A stretch of 64,000 nt of DNA from Acidobacteriota bacterium (GCA_963664705.1 OY761556.1:6720001-6784000); one strand, 5' to 3'; shown: positions 30,563 to 41,284, numbered from the stretch's first letter. Numbers and translations are program-made. The notes: generated from the sequence alone by a model not told the origin.

Positions 30563-32344
30563 TTACGCTCCTTTCCTGTGTACCTTTGGGCCATAGAACT
30601 TTTTGATGTCGAACTGCCCGATATGGCGTCCGATCGCGCCCGTCAGACTGAGGTTCACGCCTTGTGCGCCGCCGGAGAAACCGAAGCCGCAGTCGTGTGA
30701 TACCTTGGTGTTGATCAGTTCGATCATTTCAGCGCCGTTACAGGCTTCTTCATTCTGGCAGAATATGTAAATCCCATCCCGCAGTTTGACAAAGATACAC
30801 GGAGAACCCCACTGGGCGCCCATGGTCTGGTTGTCGGTAAAGATAGTCCACGTCATGGAGTGAGGCGAAGTGTAGACGTGCATGGAGGTCATCTGGTCGC
30901 TGTAGGACCATGAAAAAACATGGCCCACGAGTTCATCGGTGAGTTCATGGCGCATGTATTGCGGAGCTTCCAGCCCTTCCATTTCGCACACGCCGAAGAT
31001 CGCGCGATAGGTCGTCTCATTGCCATAATACTTGGTCCCCATGTGGGAGTGAATGCAGGTGGTGAGTCCGTTCAGGAGATCCACCGCAACCTGCACGCTC
31101 GCGCGAGGTTTGCTGTCGGTCAGGAGATGGCTGAACCACAGCAGCTTTTCATCCGCTTCATAGGCGCGATAATCCTCGTCGTGCCACTGGGTCTCATTGT
31201 CTTCACGGTATTTGAGTTTGTATTTCTCCGTGAATTTGTAATGCCGCACCGGGCCGCCATTGTCGTAGCGCAGCGTGAATTCCTTCCCGACCATCATGTC
31301 GGTAAAGGGCATATTGTGTCCGGCCATCATCTGGGGTGCCGCCGCGCCACCGCCAAAGGCTTTGGTGCTCTTTAACGCTGCCTGGTGCACCTGTTCGTCC
31401 GTCATATACTGGAAATCTCTCACCGGGCGATAAACCAGCCGCTGGCCTTTGCCGGGCGCCTGCGGGTCGTTTGCCGCCTGTACGACCATCGAGGCCTTGC
31501 CATGATTGTCGAAGGGTTCCAGGTAGGCGATCTGTCCCACCACCTTGCCGGTTCCGCGGAACATGTAGTATTCCAGCTCGTCCTTTTCATTGAATCCAAG
31601 GCGCACGCCGGCCTGAGTTTCCGAGTACAGATCCGCGATGAAGAGAGTGAAGATGCCCGAGAATTCGCACTCGGTCCTGCTATAAATAAATGTGGTGTCA
31701 TTGACCAGGACATAATCCGACGGGCTGCAGTAGCCGAGATCGTCCACGTGCCGTGTCAATTCCACAAAGTTGGACGAGACGACCGAAGTATAGAGTTCCA
31801 GCGTCTCAATGCCGTTGTCCTGCTTCCAGTGAATGCCTTTGCCTTCAATCCTGTTGGTCAGGTGATGGCGCGGCTCGGGCGCCTTCTGTCCGGCAGTTTC
31901 GACATAGCCGAAATAGATCTGACGCTGGACTTCGCGCGGATCAAGGCCGACTTCTTTGTTCGACAGGGTTTTCTCTTTTTTGTCGCTGCAAAGCCATATC
32001 TCAAAAACGGTGGCCAGATTCGTCTGAAGATCCACGAATACATTAAAACCCCGTGGCGTTCCTGGAATCATGTGGGAGAAAAAGGCGATTTGTTTCAGGG
32101 TCAGGGCGCCGTATCCGGCCTTGATTTTTGCGCCGCTGTTTTCCGAGAACGTCAGCTGTTTTTTGTTTGCGAACTCATAGTTCAACACAGGACCCTTGTC
32201 GGTCACGATCTTCAGCGATTTTCCGGCAAGGACATCCGATAGTTCAGATGCGCAGGTGGGTCCAGCCTCGGTGACCTTCAGCTTATCCGCAACCTGCTTT
32301 TCTGTCAGTTTCGTGTACTTGAATCGGTGCATGGGTATATTCAT
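30563..32344 (-). CDS. tandem MoaF-like domain protein
   Basis: Internal duplication (LAGKSLKI..GPVLNYEF vs MVGKEFTL..GPVRHYKF; HHLTNRIEGK vs HELTDELVGH) resembling MoaF N/C domains; GAGGAGG RBS. Confidence 0.65.
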   Translation of the reverse strand: MNIPMHRFKYTKLTEKQVADKLKVTEAGPTCASELSDVLAGKSLKIVTDKGPVLNYEFANKKQLTFSENSGAKIKAGYGALTLKQIAFFSHMIPGTPRGFNVFVDLQTNLATVFEIWLCSDKKEKTLSNKEVGLDPREVQRQIYFGYVETAGQKAPEPRHHLTNRIEGKGIHWKQDNGIETLELYTSVVSSNFVELTRHVDDLGYCSPSDYVLVNDTTFIYSRTECEFSGIFTLFIADLYSETQAGVRLGFNEKDELEYYMFRGTGKVVGQIAYLEPFDNHGKASMVVQAANDPQAPGKGQRLVYRPVRDFQYMTDEQVHQAALKSTKAFGGGAAAPQMMAGHNMPFTDMMVGKEFTLRYDNGGPVRHYKFTEKYKLKYREDNETQWHDEDYRAYEADEKLLWFSHLLTDSKPRASVQVAVDLLNGLTTCIHSHMGTKYYGNETTYRAIFGVCEMEGLEAPQYMRHELTDELVGHVFSWSYSDQMTSMHVYTSPHSMTWTIFTDNQTMGAQWGSPCIFVKLRDGIYIFCQNEEACNGAEMIELINTKVSHDCGFGFSGGAQGVNLSLTGAIGRHIGQFDIKKFYGPKVHRKGA

Positions 32345-32569
32345 TTGATTGCCTCCTCTGAATGGCCCCGGATTTACGGGAGAGCTCTCTATTGACCTTC
32401 TACCATAGCCGATTCCTGCAAGTCGCGACAACAGTTCATTTCAAGTCTTTGATTTCTGATTGTTGCGATAGCCACTGAAGGCCGATAAGATGACTGACAG
32501 GTATCAGGCTGGCTAACCGGCATGGGATTGCATTGGCGCTCGTGCCCGTAAACGAGAGTGTTCAGGATT

Positions 32570-32782
32570 ATGAAGATTACGATAAAGGTAGTTCCGAGTA
32601 CCCCCGCAAAATTTCAGACCGGCGACATCATCCGATCCAAAAACACGCATAATACTGGCGTTGTCATGAACGCCAATTATATGAGTGAGTCCGAAATTGG
32701 TCTGCGCAGAGTGGTCTACGAAATTATGGATGCTACCGGGAAGATCCGCAAAGAATACCAGCAGGATATCGAGCTTCTGTGA
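32570..32782 (+). CDS. small hypothetical protein (possibly SH3/KOW-like)
   Basis: KFQTGDIIRSKNTHNTGVV motif. Confidence 0.5.
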   Translation: MKITIKVVPSTPAKFQTGDIIRSKNTHNTGVVMNANYMSESEIGLRRVVYEIMDATGKIRKEYQQDIELL

Positions 32783-32807
32783 GCCGGGAGCGCCGCCGTC
32801 CCGGCTA

Positions 32808-33325
32808 ATGCCGCATATTATTTGCCCGAGGAAGCCGGACGGTTGATGCATCTCAGCCCGAGCATTTGCCCAAGGAAGCCGGAAGCATGATGTTTCCCAG
32901 CCCCAGCGGGGCAGCCAGAACGTAGCCGGGGGTGAGCGCTTTTTGCGAACCCCCGGATTGGATTAGTCATGTAACAAGCCCTGACGGGGCGGCCAGAACG
33001 TAGCCGGGGGTGAAGCGCTTTTTGCGAACCCCCGGATTGGATTAGTCATGTAACAAGCCCTGACGGGGCGGCAGAATGCTGTCTTTCGCCCCTTGCCGGG
33101 GCTCTTTCTCGCACTTGTCTCTACCGGGGGTTCGCTGCGCTTCACCCCCGGCTACGATCTTTCGGCCCTCAGGGCCTGCTGCTTCACTCGCGTCGCGGGG
33201 CTTAGAACCTATGGCAGGTGACATTGGAAGGGATGCCCAATGCCGCATATTATTTGCCCGAGGAAGCCGGAAGGTCGATGCATCTCACCCCGGCTACGCT
33301 CTTTCGGCCCCGCTGGGGCTAAGCT
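32808..33325. repeat. composite REP-like palindromic repeat cluster
   Basis: 78-79 bp tandem unit starting at 32914 and 32992; 32-bp direct repeat ATGCCGCATATTATTTGCCCGAGGAAGCCGGA at 32808 and 33240; inverted copies of GTAGCCGGGG. Confidence 0.8.
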
Positions 33326-33345
33326 TTCATGATGTCAGTCGGCTT

Positions 33346-35067
33346 TTATGCCATCCGCAGCGGCGGTGTTTCCTCGGGATCAATTTGGATTTCAATCAGC
33401 GTCGGGCCCTTTCTGCTGCAGATCGCCTGGTAATCGAGTCTGCCAAAATCCTCCGGATGACGAATCACGCAGGCCTCCGCTCCCACGGACTTCGCCATCT
33501 GGCAGAAATCGATGGGTGGGATCGCGAGGTCGATCCGTTCGCGGCTGGAGCGTCGCAGGGAATGCTTGATCATTCCATACGCACGATCCACCAGGACAAC
33601 AAAAATCACCGGCAGTTGCTGCTCCACCGCCGCCGAAATTTCCAGGCCATTCATCAGAAAGCATCCATCGCCGGTCAGACAAATCACCGGTGCGCCTTTT
33701 GCTCCCGCAGCCATTCCTACCGCGGCGCCGATTGCCCAGCCCATCGAAGCAAATCCTACCGACAGGTGATAGTGTTCCGGTTGGCGGTTGAAGAAGTAAT
33801 GAATGGACCACGGCACGCTGTTGCTATTGTCGATCAGGAAACGCGTTTCGGCCGGGAAGCGCTCCACGAGTTCCCGGATCGCGCGCTGCGGTTTGATGAC
33901 AGGAGAAGGATTGTCGAGCGAGCAGCCTTCCGGGGACTGGACCTCGATGCCCTGGGGCACATACCGGCGCTCCTCCACGCGATTGGCAACTTTGCCGGCT
34001 GCGGACTCGTCTTTCAGGATGGTTTTAGCCTGATCCGCGAGATGGCTGAATATCGTGCGGATTGTCCCACCTACATGCCGGCGAGCCATGGGCGATCGTG
34101 AAAAATAGTCTGTCGTGTTGTGAATGTGGACCAGTTTGTCATTCATCAACGCCGGATCCCATCCTCCGGTCGACCATTCGCCCAGTTCTGTCCCCGCTGC
34201 CAGGATGAGCCCTACGGATTCATCGACCAGCGCTTCGCGGGCTGTCCTGTGGCCCGCAAAACCAAACACGCCACGGGCCAGTGGGTGATAGGGATTGATT
34301 CGCGATTTTCCGCGTTGGGTCGTCACGATGGGTGCCTGGACCAGTTCGGCAAACTTTGTGATTTCAGCCGCGGCATCGTCGCAGTCATGACCGATCAGCA
34401 GGGCCACTCGGCGGCCCCGGCTCAATGTCTCGCGCAGATCCCGGCTGAGTTTTTCCAAAGCTGCGCCATCAGCTATTGCCGCGGATTCGGTGGCCAGCGC
34501 ATACAGGTTGGGAAATGCGATTTTATCGCCGTTCGCGGCAGGCGCGCGGAGGATATCGACCGGTATGCTCAGGTGCGCCGGGCCTTTGGGCGCCTGCAGC
34601 GCTACCGTCAGTGCGGCGGCAAGTTTTTTCTCCAACTGTTCGGGATGGGTCACGATGGAATTGTAGCGCGTGCAGTGATCGAACATCCCCACGATGTCCA
34701 TGGCATCGGCGGACGATTCCTGGAAAGGCCCCAAACCAAAGGTAGGCAGGGGCGTTTGCGGAGTAATCGCCAGCATGGGTATGTGATCGGCGTGGGCGCA
34801 GGCGACGCCGGTGAGCAGATTGGTCGCGCCAGGCCCCGTGGTGGCACAGCAGACGCCGATTCTTCCGGTTTCACGCGCATAGCCGTCTGCCATGAACGCC
34901 GCACCTCCCTCATGGCGCGCGAGTATGGAGCGCGGACCGCCTCTCTTTTCGCTGCGCGCCAGGGCATCATAAATGGGCCCCAAAGGGCTTCCGGGCACGC
35001 TAAAGACAAACTCCACGCCAAACTGCTCCAGATACCGGATAATTATGTCGCTAAAAGTCACATCCAT
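33346..35067 (-). CDS. thiamine diphosphate-dependent enzyme (acetolactate synthase/decarboxylase superfamily)
   Basis: RHEGGAAFMADGYAR, TTGPGATN and GDGCFLM motifs. Confidence 0.92.
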   Translation of the reverse strand: MDVTFSDIIIRYLEQFGVEFVFSVPGSPLGPIYDALARSEKRGGPRSILARHEGGAAFMADGYARETGRIGVCCATTGPGATNLLTGVACAHADHIPMLAITPQTPLPTFGLGPFQESSADAMDIVGMFDHCTRYNSIVTHPEQLEKKLAAALTVALQAPKGPAHLSIPVDILRAPAANGDKIAFPNLYALATESAAIADGAALEKLSRDLRETLSRGRRVALLIGHDCDDAAAEITKFAELVQAPIVTTQRGKSRINPYHPLARGVFGFAGHRTAREALVDESVGLILAAGTELGEWSTGGWDPALMNDKLVHIHNTTDYFSRSPMARRHVGGTIRTIFSHLADQAKTILKDESAAGKVANRVEERRYVPQGIEVQSPEGCSLDNPSPVIKPQRAIRELVERFPAETRFLIDNSNSVPWSIHYFFNRQPEHYHLSVGFASMGWAIGAAVGMAAGAKGAPVICLTGDGCFLMNGLEISAAVEQQLPVIFVVLVDRAYGMIKHSLRRSSRERIDLAIPPIDFCQMAKSVGAEACVIRHPEDFGRLDYQAICSRKGPTLIEIQIDPEETPPLRMA

Positions 35068-35255
35068 TGTTGCATCCCCGGTCGTTGATTGTTTTGATGT
35101 ACGGCTCCCGTCGGTGAATCATCCATTCTATGACTTCAGTCGCCTTGTTTCGAGTCTTGAGTTCACCGTTGGAATTTGCGAAATTTGCGGCAGATGGACA
35201 GCTCCATTTTCCGCCGCGAATTCCGCGAGAGCGACATGGATCCAAGGATAAGGCG

Positions 35256-36104
35256 CTATTGCGCTACCAATTCAACGCGGCGGTTCTTGGCCCGGCCTTC
35301 CTCCGTCTTGTTTGTGGCCACCGGAGCAAGAGAGGCGACACCGTATGCTTTGAGCCGCAGGGCGGCAGTTCCACTCCCCGTTACCAGCGCATTGACGACC
35401 GAATCGGCCCGAGCCAGCGACAGTTTCATGTTGTGATCGAAGGCGCCGGCATTGTCCGTGTGGCCGACGATATAAAGCTTGAGGCCGGCATCGTTTTTCA
35501 AAAGCTTTGCGATCTCGTCGAGAGCCGGCTTCGATTCCGGTTTTATTTCCGATTTGTCGGTATCGAAATAGATTCCATAGATGGCGATTTTGCCGTTCTC
35601 TCCAATGCCCCTGGCGAAGCTTGCCGCGTCAGCAACCACTTCCTGTTTCATCGCGCCCCTCTGGACGATGGTCATGTCGTAACGGCCATCGAAGGCTTTG
35701 ATATAAACCCAGGTTTCATTGGTTCCCTTGGTCAGCTTCAATATTGTGTTAAGGCCAAAATCATCCCATTCACGGACGACGGTCCCGCCAGCTTTTTTCG
35801 TGGCATTCTCGTGGTTGCGGATTATTTGCAGGCCACTCACCGCGCCCTGGCCGTCTGCCAGACGATACGCGACGGTATGAAATTTTCCCTCGACGACTTC
35901 CTTTTTTTGAGGCGCTACCGCGAACTCGAAACGATCGAAATCGGATACGCGGCAACTGTAGATCCAGAAGCCGGTCATGCGCGTGAACAACTCCGGATCC
36001 TTGCATCCCGTACTGTCGTTCGGAATGCCTGGAGCCTGGCTCGCCTGCAGAAGGCCGGTCATTGCAAAAGGGATCAGGAGGAGCAGACCAATTTTCTTCA
36101 GCAT
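35256..36104 (-). CDS. OmpA-family peptidoglycan-binding protein
   Basis: IYFDTDKSEIK, GHTD, NMKLSLARA and GRAKNRRVELV motifs. Confidence 0.92.
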   Translation of the reverse strand: MLKKIGLLLLIPFAMTGLLQASQAPGIPNDSTGCKDPELFTRMTGFWIYSCRVSDFDRFEFAVAPQKKEVVEGKFHTVAYRLADGQGAVSGLQIIRNHENATKKAGGTVVREWDDFGLNTILKLTKGTNETWVYIKAFDGRYDMTIVQRGAMKQEVVADAASFARGIGENGKIAIYGIYFDTDKSEIKPESKPALDEIAKLLKNDAGLKLYIVGHTDNAGAFDHNMKLSLARADSVVNALVTGSGTAALRLKAYGVASLAPVATNKTEEGRAKNRRVELVAQ

Positions 36105-36502
36105 GATTTCTCCATTCTTAGAGTGTTGAGTTATGCGCAAGAGGGATTTGCAGGTCAGTCAGATCAAAACAGCCATTATGGGGAACTGTTTCATTTCCGG
36201 ACCGCTTTTTCCCAGAAATAATTGCCACAATACTTCGAAACTTTTTCCCCTGCAAAACGACATTCTATATTGTAAGGCCAGCGCTTTGTATCAATTTTGG
36301 TGAATCCGTTCTATGAAGCGATCAAACCGATAGCCATGCCGGCGCCAAGACAGGCGGTCAGAGGCATTGCATCGATAAGTCTTTCAGATGAGTTGTGAAA
36401 AGGTTAAAGTACTACCTAACCGTCCATGAAGGATGGCATCGGGCTGGAATTCCACTGGAGAACACGCGCTGGATTGGATCCGCCGGAAGGACGACAGAAC
36501 GT

Positions 36503-36952
36503 ATGATCGTAAGAATGATTACTGGTCTCGCTTTTATGCTTTTGATTGTGAATGTACCGGGAGTTCGCTCCGAACAGTCCGGATCCTACGTGGGATCGGA
36601 AAAATGTGCGCCCTGCCATTCTGATCTTAATGACACCTGGAAGACTACACGCCACGCCAAGGCCATCGAAAGCCTGAAAAAATCGGGGCAGGAAAAATTG
36701 CCCGCGTGCGTGAAATGCCACGTCACAGGCTTTGAAAAAGACGGCGGCTTTATCGATTATGAGCTGACACCTGAGATGGCCGGTGTTCAGTGTGAAGTCT
36801 GCCACGGTCCGGGCAGCGCGCATATTGCCGGGCCCTCGGCCAAAAATATTACAAAGGATCCAGGGGCTGCCTTGTGCCGGCAGTGTCACACCCAGGGCCA
36901 GGATCCCGGATTCAACTATGAAGTCAAAGTCAAGAGTGTGCATGGCAAGTAG
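36503..36952 (+). CDS. tetraheme c-type cytochrome (c554-like)
   Basis: Four CxxCH motifs (CAPCH, CVKCH, CEVCH, CRQCH); YVGSEKC and GVQCEVCHGPGSAH; signal peptide. Confidence 0.92.
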   Translation: MIVRMITGLAFMLLIVNVPGVRSEQSGSYVGSEKCAPCHSDLNDTWKTTRHAKAIESLKKSGQEKLPACVKCHVTGFEKDGGFIDYELTPEMAGVQCEVCHGPGSAHIAGPSAKNITKDPGAALCRQCHTQGQDPGFNYEVKVKSVHGK

Positions 36953-37003
36953 GCTGCAAAGAGAAGCATCCCGAGGATGCACAATGGAAAGGGGAAATGT
37001 TTT

Positions 37004-37747
37004 ATGAAAGGTGGAAAAGCCATGTCGGCCTTGGGGCGTGTCCTCTGGGTTGGTCTGATCTTTGCCGGACTGTCCTGTGCTTATGGCACTGCGGCGGAAG
37101 GCTTTCTCAAAGCAACGCCGGAACAGCTCGATACCGGGACGGTTCCGGAAGGGAAAACGATTGAAGTCGTGGTCAGCGTCCAGAATGTCTCGAAATCGCC
37201 GATCGAAATTACCAGCGTGCGGACCAGTTGAGCATGCACCGAAGCTATGCTTGGAAAGCATACACTCAACCCGAACGAAAAAACCGATCTCAAAGTAGTC
37301 TATCCGACCGCCGGACGGCCCGGGCCATTTGAGAAGAAGATCACTTTTACCACCAATGTCCCCGAGCATGAAAAAGTTGAAATCTTCATGATGAAGGGGG
37401 AAGTCCAGGAAGCGCCCGGAGCAAAAATTGTGGTTCTGCCCCGCAAGGTCGTACTGACCGCCGCCGAACGCAGCGCCGGGAAAAAGCAGTCCTTTGCCAT
37501 CACCAACGAGGGAAGTCTTCCGTTGGTCATCACCTCGATCCGATCCAAGGATGGCAAAAACGTTTACCTGGACGGTTCCAAGGCCGGGAACCTTACGGTG
37601 GAACCGGCGCAGACCAAGAATCTGGAGCTTCAGCTGCCAGGCAACAGCAGCGATAAGGAGGAGAAGGATTATATCCTCTTCTTCTCCAACGCCAAAAATG
37701 CCGGCGAATCCGGGCTCTTTGTCATGCTGCAATACCAGGCGCCGTAA
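37004..37747 (+). CDS. DUF1573-like exported selenoprotein (247 aa; Sec at TGA 37229-37231, motif TS-U-ACT)
   Basis: ORFs 36977..37231 and 37247..37747 are in the same frame; TGA falls at the first Cys of the family xSCGCT motif; SECIS-like hairpin follows. Confidence 0.8.
37246..37262 (+). promoter_or_regulatory. SECIS-like hairpin
   Basis: TATGCTT-GGA-AAGCATA perfect 7-bp stem; G-led loop 21 nt after UGA. Confidence 0.7.
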
Positions 37748-37960
37748 TGCATCGATGACGGGTGGAATTTGTGGCTCTGCAAGGCGGACAGCCACGAATT
37801 CCACCCGTTTCCATTTTCAGCCAAAACCTTCGTCGATAGTTGTTTCCAGCGCACAGCCAATCAACCGTGTCCTGTCCTGCTCCAAGATTCCGCGCTCCCA
37901 CCCTGGAGATAATTCTTGACCCGTCCCAATGCAATCCCTTACATTGATTATTATAGGATA

Positions 37961-37977
37961 TGACATATCGTATAGGA
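37961..37977 (+). promoter_or_regulatory. operator-like motif (probable IclR site) downstream of TTGACC-N18-TACATT
   Basis: TGACATATCGTATAGGA is the exact reverse complement of 41683-41699; extra TATAGGA half-site 19 nt upstream. Confidence 0.7.
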
Positions 37978-38056
37978 AACATACGATGATCGGGCAGTGC
38001 CTTGTGAGGGTGTTGCCTGAATTGAGGGATTAGAAACCTGAATAAGAGGTGCAAGC

Positions 38057-39841
38057 ATGAAGGTTAAGGCAATCAGCATATCGATTGTTTTGATCGCGAG
38101 CTTTTTAGCGGCGGGTGCATGGGCAGCGGATGCGGCGAAAATCGTCGTGATGAATCCGCGGGGCATCCAGCCTGAAATCCGCAAGATTCCGATGGCAAAA
38201 CGCCAGGCGACGCTCGACGACAAAACAGTCTACATCGTAGATACGAAATACCCGAACACGAAACCTTTCGTTGAAGCGCTGCTTGCGGCGCTGAAAGCCA
38301 AGTATCCGAAGACCACGTGGGTGGTGAAGGAAAAGCTCGGCGGATACATGGATGATGATCCGGCGCTGTGGAAGGAAACCAAAGAGAAAGCCGCCGCTGC
38401 CATCGTCCTGGTGGGGCATTGAAGCAGCTGCTCGCCGGCAGTTGTCGGCCATGCAGTGACACTGGAAAGAATGGGCATCCCCGCGGTACCGATGATCACA
38501 GCGCGTTTCAAAGAGCTGGTAACGACGATCTCGTACAAAAAAGGGATTCCGAACATGCGGATCACCTATACGCCGCATCCCATCACCGACAGACCCCGGG
38601 ATCTTTGCGACAAGTATGTGCAGGGCAACGATCCGAACAGCGGCCAGCCGATGCTGGAGCAGATCTATGGAGCGCTGACGAAGCCTCTGTCGGCGGAAGA
38701 CGCCAAAGCCGGCTTCCTCAAGCGAGATGCGCGCCCGAGGCTGTTGCCTCCGGACACGCCGGAAAACCTGCTGGAATACTTCCACGAACACGTCTTCACC
38801 GACGGCAACCCGATCATTCTCCCGACCGAACAGAAGGTGGCGGAAATGCTGAAAGCCACCAGCCGCAAGCCGGATGAATGGGTCGGCCAGATGCGTCCCT
38901 CTCCTCCCCATGAAGCCTGGTACTACACGGTGGAAATGGTCGCCGTGAATGCCGTCATGGCGGGAGCCAAACCGGAATACTTCCCCACGATCCTGGCGAT
39001 TGCCTCCAAGGGTTTGACCTCGATGTTCAGTTCGACTTCGTCGTTTGCCCGCATGGTCGTCGTCAACGGCCCGGTGGTGAAGGAAATCGGCATGAACACC
39101 AGCATCGGAGCACTGGGTCCGAACAACCGGGCCAACTCCTCCATCGGCCGCTGCTGGACGCTGATCTCCAAGAACCTCGGCGGATCCGGGAAACCGGGAG
39201 AAACCTACCTGGGCAGCCAGGGGAACCAGTTGAACTACAACAACCTCTGCTTCCCGGAAACGGAAGAAGGGTTGCCGGCAGGATGGAATCCGTTGTCGGT
39301 ACAGAAGGGTTTCAAGAAGTCCGACAGCGTGGTCAGCCTGTTCAGCGGCTGGAGCTTCAACGATATCGCCTGGTACTCGCCGCTGCCGCAGCATGAAGTC
39401 ATCCGCGGCTGGCTGGAACATTTCTTCTCGTTCGGGACGACGCAGGCAACACTGGTGCTCGATCCGATTGTGGCGGCCGACGTAGCGAACATCGGTCACT
39501 TTGCGACGAAGGAAGCCTTTGCCAAATGGCTGGCAGACAACACCGGGACCCCTGGCTGGCTGTACTGGTCGCAGAATGCCGATGCGCTGAAGCAGGCGAA
39601 GGATGGCGTGGAGCCCTATGCCACCTGGTACAAACAGGGCATGGGCGCCGTGGTGCCGGCTTCCCGCTATAAACGCGATGGTGCGGTGCCGGCGAGGAAC
39701 ACATCATTCATGGCCTCGAAGGACAGCGGCGAGCCGACCAATTCGCTCGAAATCGTGGTAACCGGCGGCGGGACGAACACGTTCTGGTCAGGCGGCGATT
39801 TCGGCTATGCGGGCAGCGCTTCCGTGGATCTCTGGAGATAG
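38057..39841 (+). CDS. exported UGSC-type selenoprotein 1 (594 aa; Sec122 at TGA 38420-38422, motif GH-U-SSC)
   Basis: ORFs 38057..38422 and 38456..39841 are in frame with no other stop between; signal peptide; TDGNPIILPT and VAVNAVMAG domain. Confidence 0.9.
38434..38449 (+). promoter_or_regulatory. SECIS-like hairpin
   Basis: GCCGGC-AGTT-GTCGGC beginning 11 nt after UGA; lower stem CTGC/GCAG. Confidence 0.75.
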
Positions 39842-39854
39842 GAGGAACGATCAC

Positions 39855-40421
39855 ATGAAAAACAGATTAATGATAGCTGCAATGGCGCTGTTGGGATTGG
39901 TCGCATGCCTCCAGCCTGTCATGGCGCAGGAGAACACGCCCACGAATCCGGTTGCCGTAAAGGTGCCGCTGAAATCGATGGTCGAACTCGGGTCGGTGTA
40001 TACCAACATCTATGACATCACGATCACGGTACTTGAAACTGTTCGCGGCAATGCGGCGCTTGAACAGCTCAAGGCGGCGGATCCGAATGTCAAGGCGCCG
40101 GCAGCGGGCTTTGATTACGTGCTGGCACGCGTCAAGTTCGAACTCAAGGGGCGCTATGTCAGCGACAACCTGTCGTTTGATCTCGGAACCGAACCGCTGC
40201 AGTGGGTTTTGCTGTCGGGCGCGGATCTGACGGAATATGACCGGGTATCACTGACGGTTCCCAAGCCTGCGCTGGCAGGCATTGTGAAACCCGGCGGTTC
40301 GATGGAAGGCTGGGTGGGCTTTGCCGTTTCTCAGAAAGACGCCAAGCCGGTGATGGTATTTGATCCGGATACCGGCGGCGCCACCGGGCGCGGCAAAACT
40401 CTCTTCTTCAAGTTGTATTAG
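39855..40421 (+). CDS. exported DUF4352-like (Ig-like) partner protein 1
   Basis: Signal peptide; ITVLETVRG..PAAGFDYVLARVKFE..GGSMEGWVGF; paralogue of 45647..46180. Confidence 0.75.
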   Translation: MKNRLMIAAMALLGLVACLQPVMAQENTPTNPVAVKVPLKSMVELGSVYTNIYDITITVLETVRGNAALEQLKAADPNVKAPAAGFDYVLARVKFELKGRYVSDNLSFDLGTEPLQWVLLSGADLTEYDRVSLTVPKPALAGIVKPGGSMEGWVGFAVSQKDAKPVMVFDPDTGGATGRGKTLFFKLY

Positions 40422-40438
40422 TAGATAAACTGAAAGGG

Positions 40439-41284
40439 TTAGTGGTCGGCAAAGCGCTGGCCACTAACCTGCCCCCGCATTCTCAGCTGCGCCGCAGCTT
40501 TGGCGCACCTCTGACCAAAAAGCGCCATTTTCTCCTTCGTCATTCTGAATGCAGGACCGACGATCGACAGCGTCGCCACGACATGCTCCTCACCGTCAAA
40601 GATGGGGGCCGAGACCGCGCTGATTCCATCCTGAAACTCTTCGAAGTCCATCGCGTATCCCAGCGTTTTAACGGATTCGAGCTCTTTTCTATATGCCCGC
40701 GCGTCCGTGATGGAATGCTTTGTATTGGCCGGAAGCCCTTCGCGTTTGATGATCGTGTTGACAAGTTCTTCCGGCATCCACGCCAGCACGGCCTTGCCGT
40801 TTGATTTGTTGATCACGGAATCCGTTGTTCCTATCGGCGGGGATACCCGAAGCTCAATCAGCGGTTCGACGGCTTCCACAATAACCATCCTGGTTCCGCT
40901 CAAAACCGCCAGGTTGGCGGTTTCTCCACTGAAGTCCGACAGATCCTTCAGTACGGATTTTGCCGACCGGCTGACATTCAGATTGTCCAGCGCCGCCTGG
41001 CCGCACCGGGCCAGCGCGATTCCAAGAGAATAGCGTTTGGTCGTCTCATCGCGATTCAGGAATCCGTGGTGACTCAGGGTTATCAATATTTTGTGAACGC
41101 TGCTTTTGTGATAACCCGTTGCCGCGGCAATTTCAGCCAGCGTCAACTCTCTGGTTCCGGTCGCCAACATCAACATAATGCGCGCAGCCCTGTCTACAGC
41201 AGGAACGGTGTATATGGAACTATCGTCTTCTTTCGCTTTGGGAGAATGGCTGAGAGCTTTTTTCACGGCTTTATCCTTTATCAA
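40439..41284 (-). CDS. IclR family transcriptional regulator
   Basis: VPAVDRAARI, TLAEIAAATGYHKSSVHKIL, GETANLAV and GYAMDFEEFQDGISAVSAPI motifs. Confidence 0.95.
   Translation of the reverse strand: MIKDKAVKKALSHSPKAKEDDSSIYTVPAVDRAARIMLMLATGTRELTLAEIAAATGYHKSSVHKILITLSHHGFLNRDETTKRYSLGIALARCGQAALDNLNVSRSAKSVLKDLSDFSGETANLAVLSGTRMVIVEAVEPLIELRVSPPIGTTDSVINKSNGKAVLAWMPEELVNTIIKREGLPANTKHSITDARAYRKELESVKTLGYAMDFEEFQDGISAVSAPIFDGEEHVVATLSIVGPAFRMTKEKMALFGQRCAKAAAQLRMRGQVSGQRFADH

Noticed and set aside
2617-32782. Other TGA-terminated genes (ends at 2619, 20910, 22905, 32782) as further selenoproteins
   Set aside because: These proteins look complete at the stop, with no adjacent Cys motif or conserved in-frame continuation.
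32914-33076. Possible CRISPR array
   Set aside because: Two near-identical 78-79 bp units with no unique spacers and no cas genes.
36416-39499. Long antisense ORFs 36416..37804 and 38105..39499 (also 33076..34101, 34120..35088, 35130..36221, 49366..50424, 52406..53353, 60533..61486, 62475..63389)
   Set aside because: Shadow frames of well-supported genes in GC-rich DNA, with no recognisable motifs.
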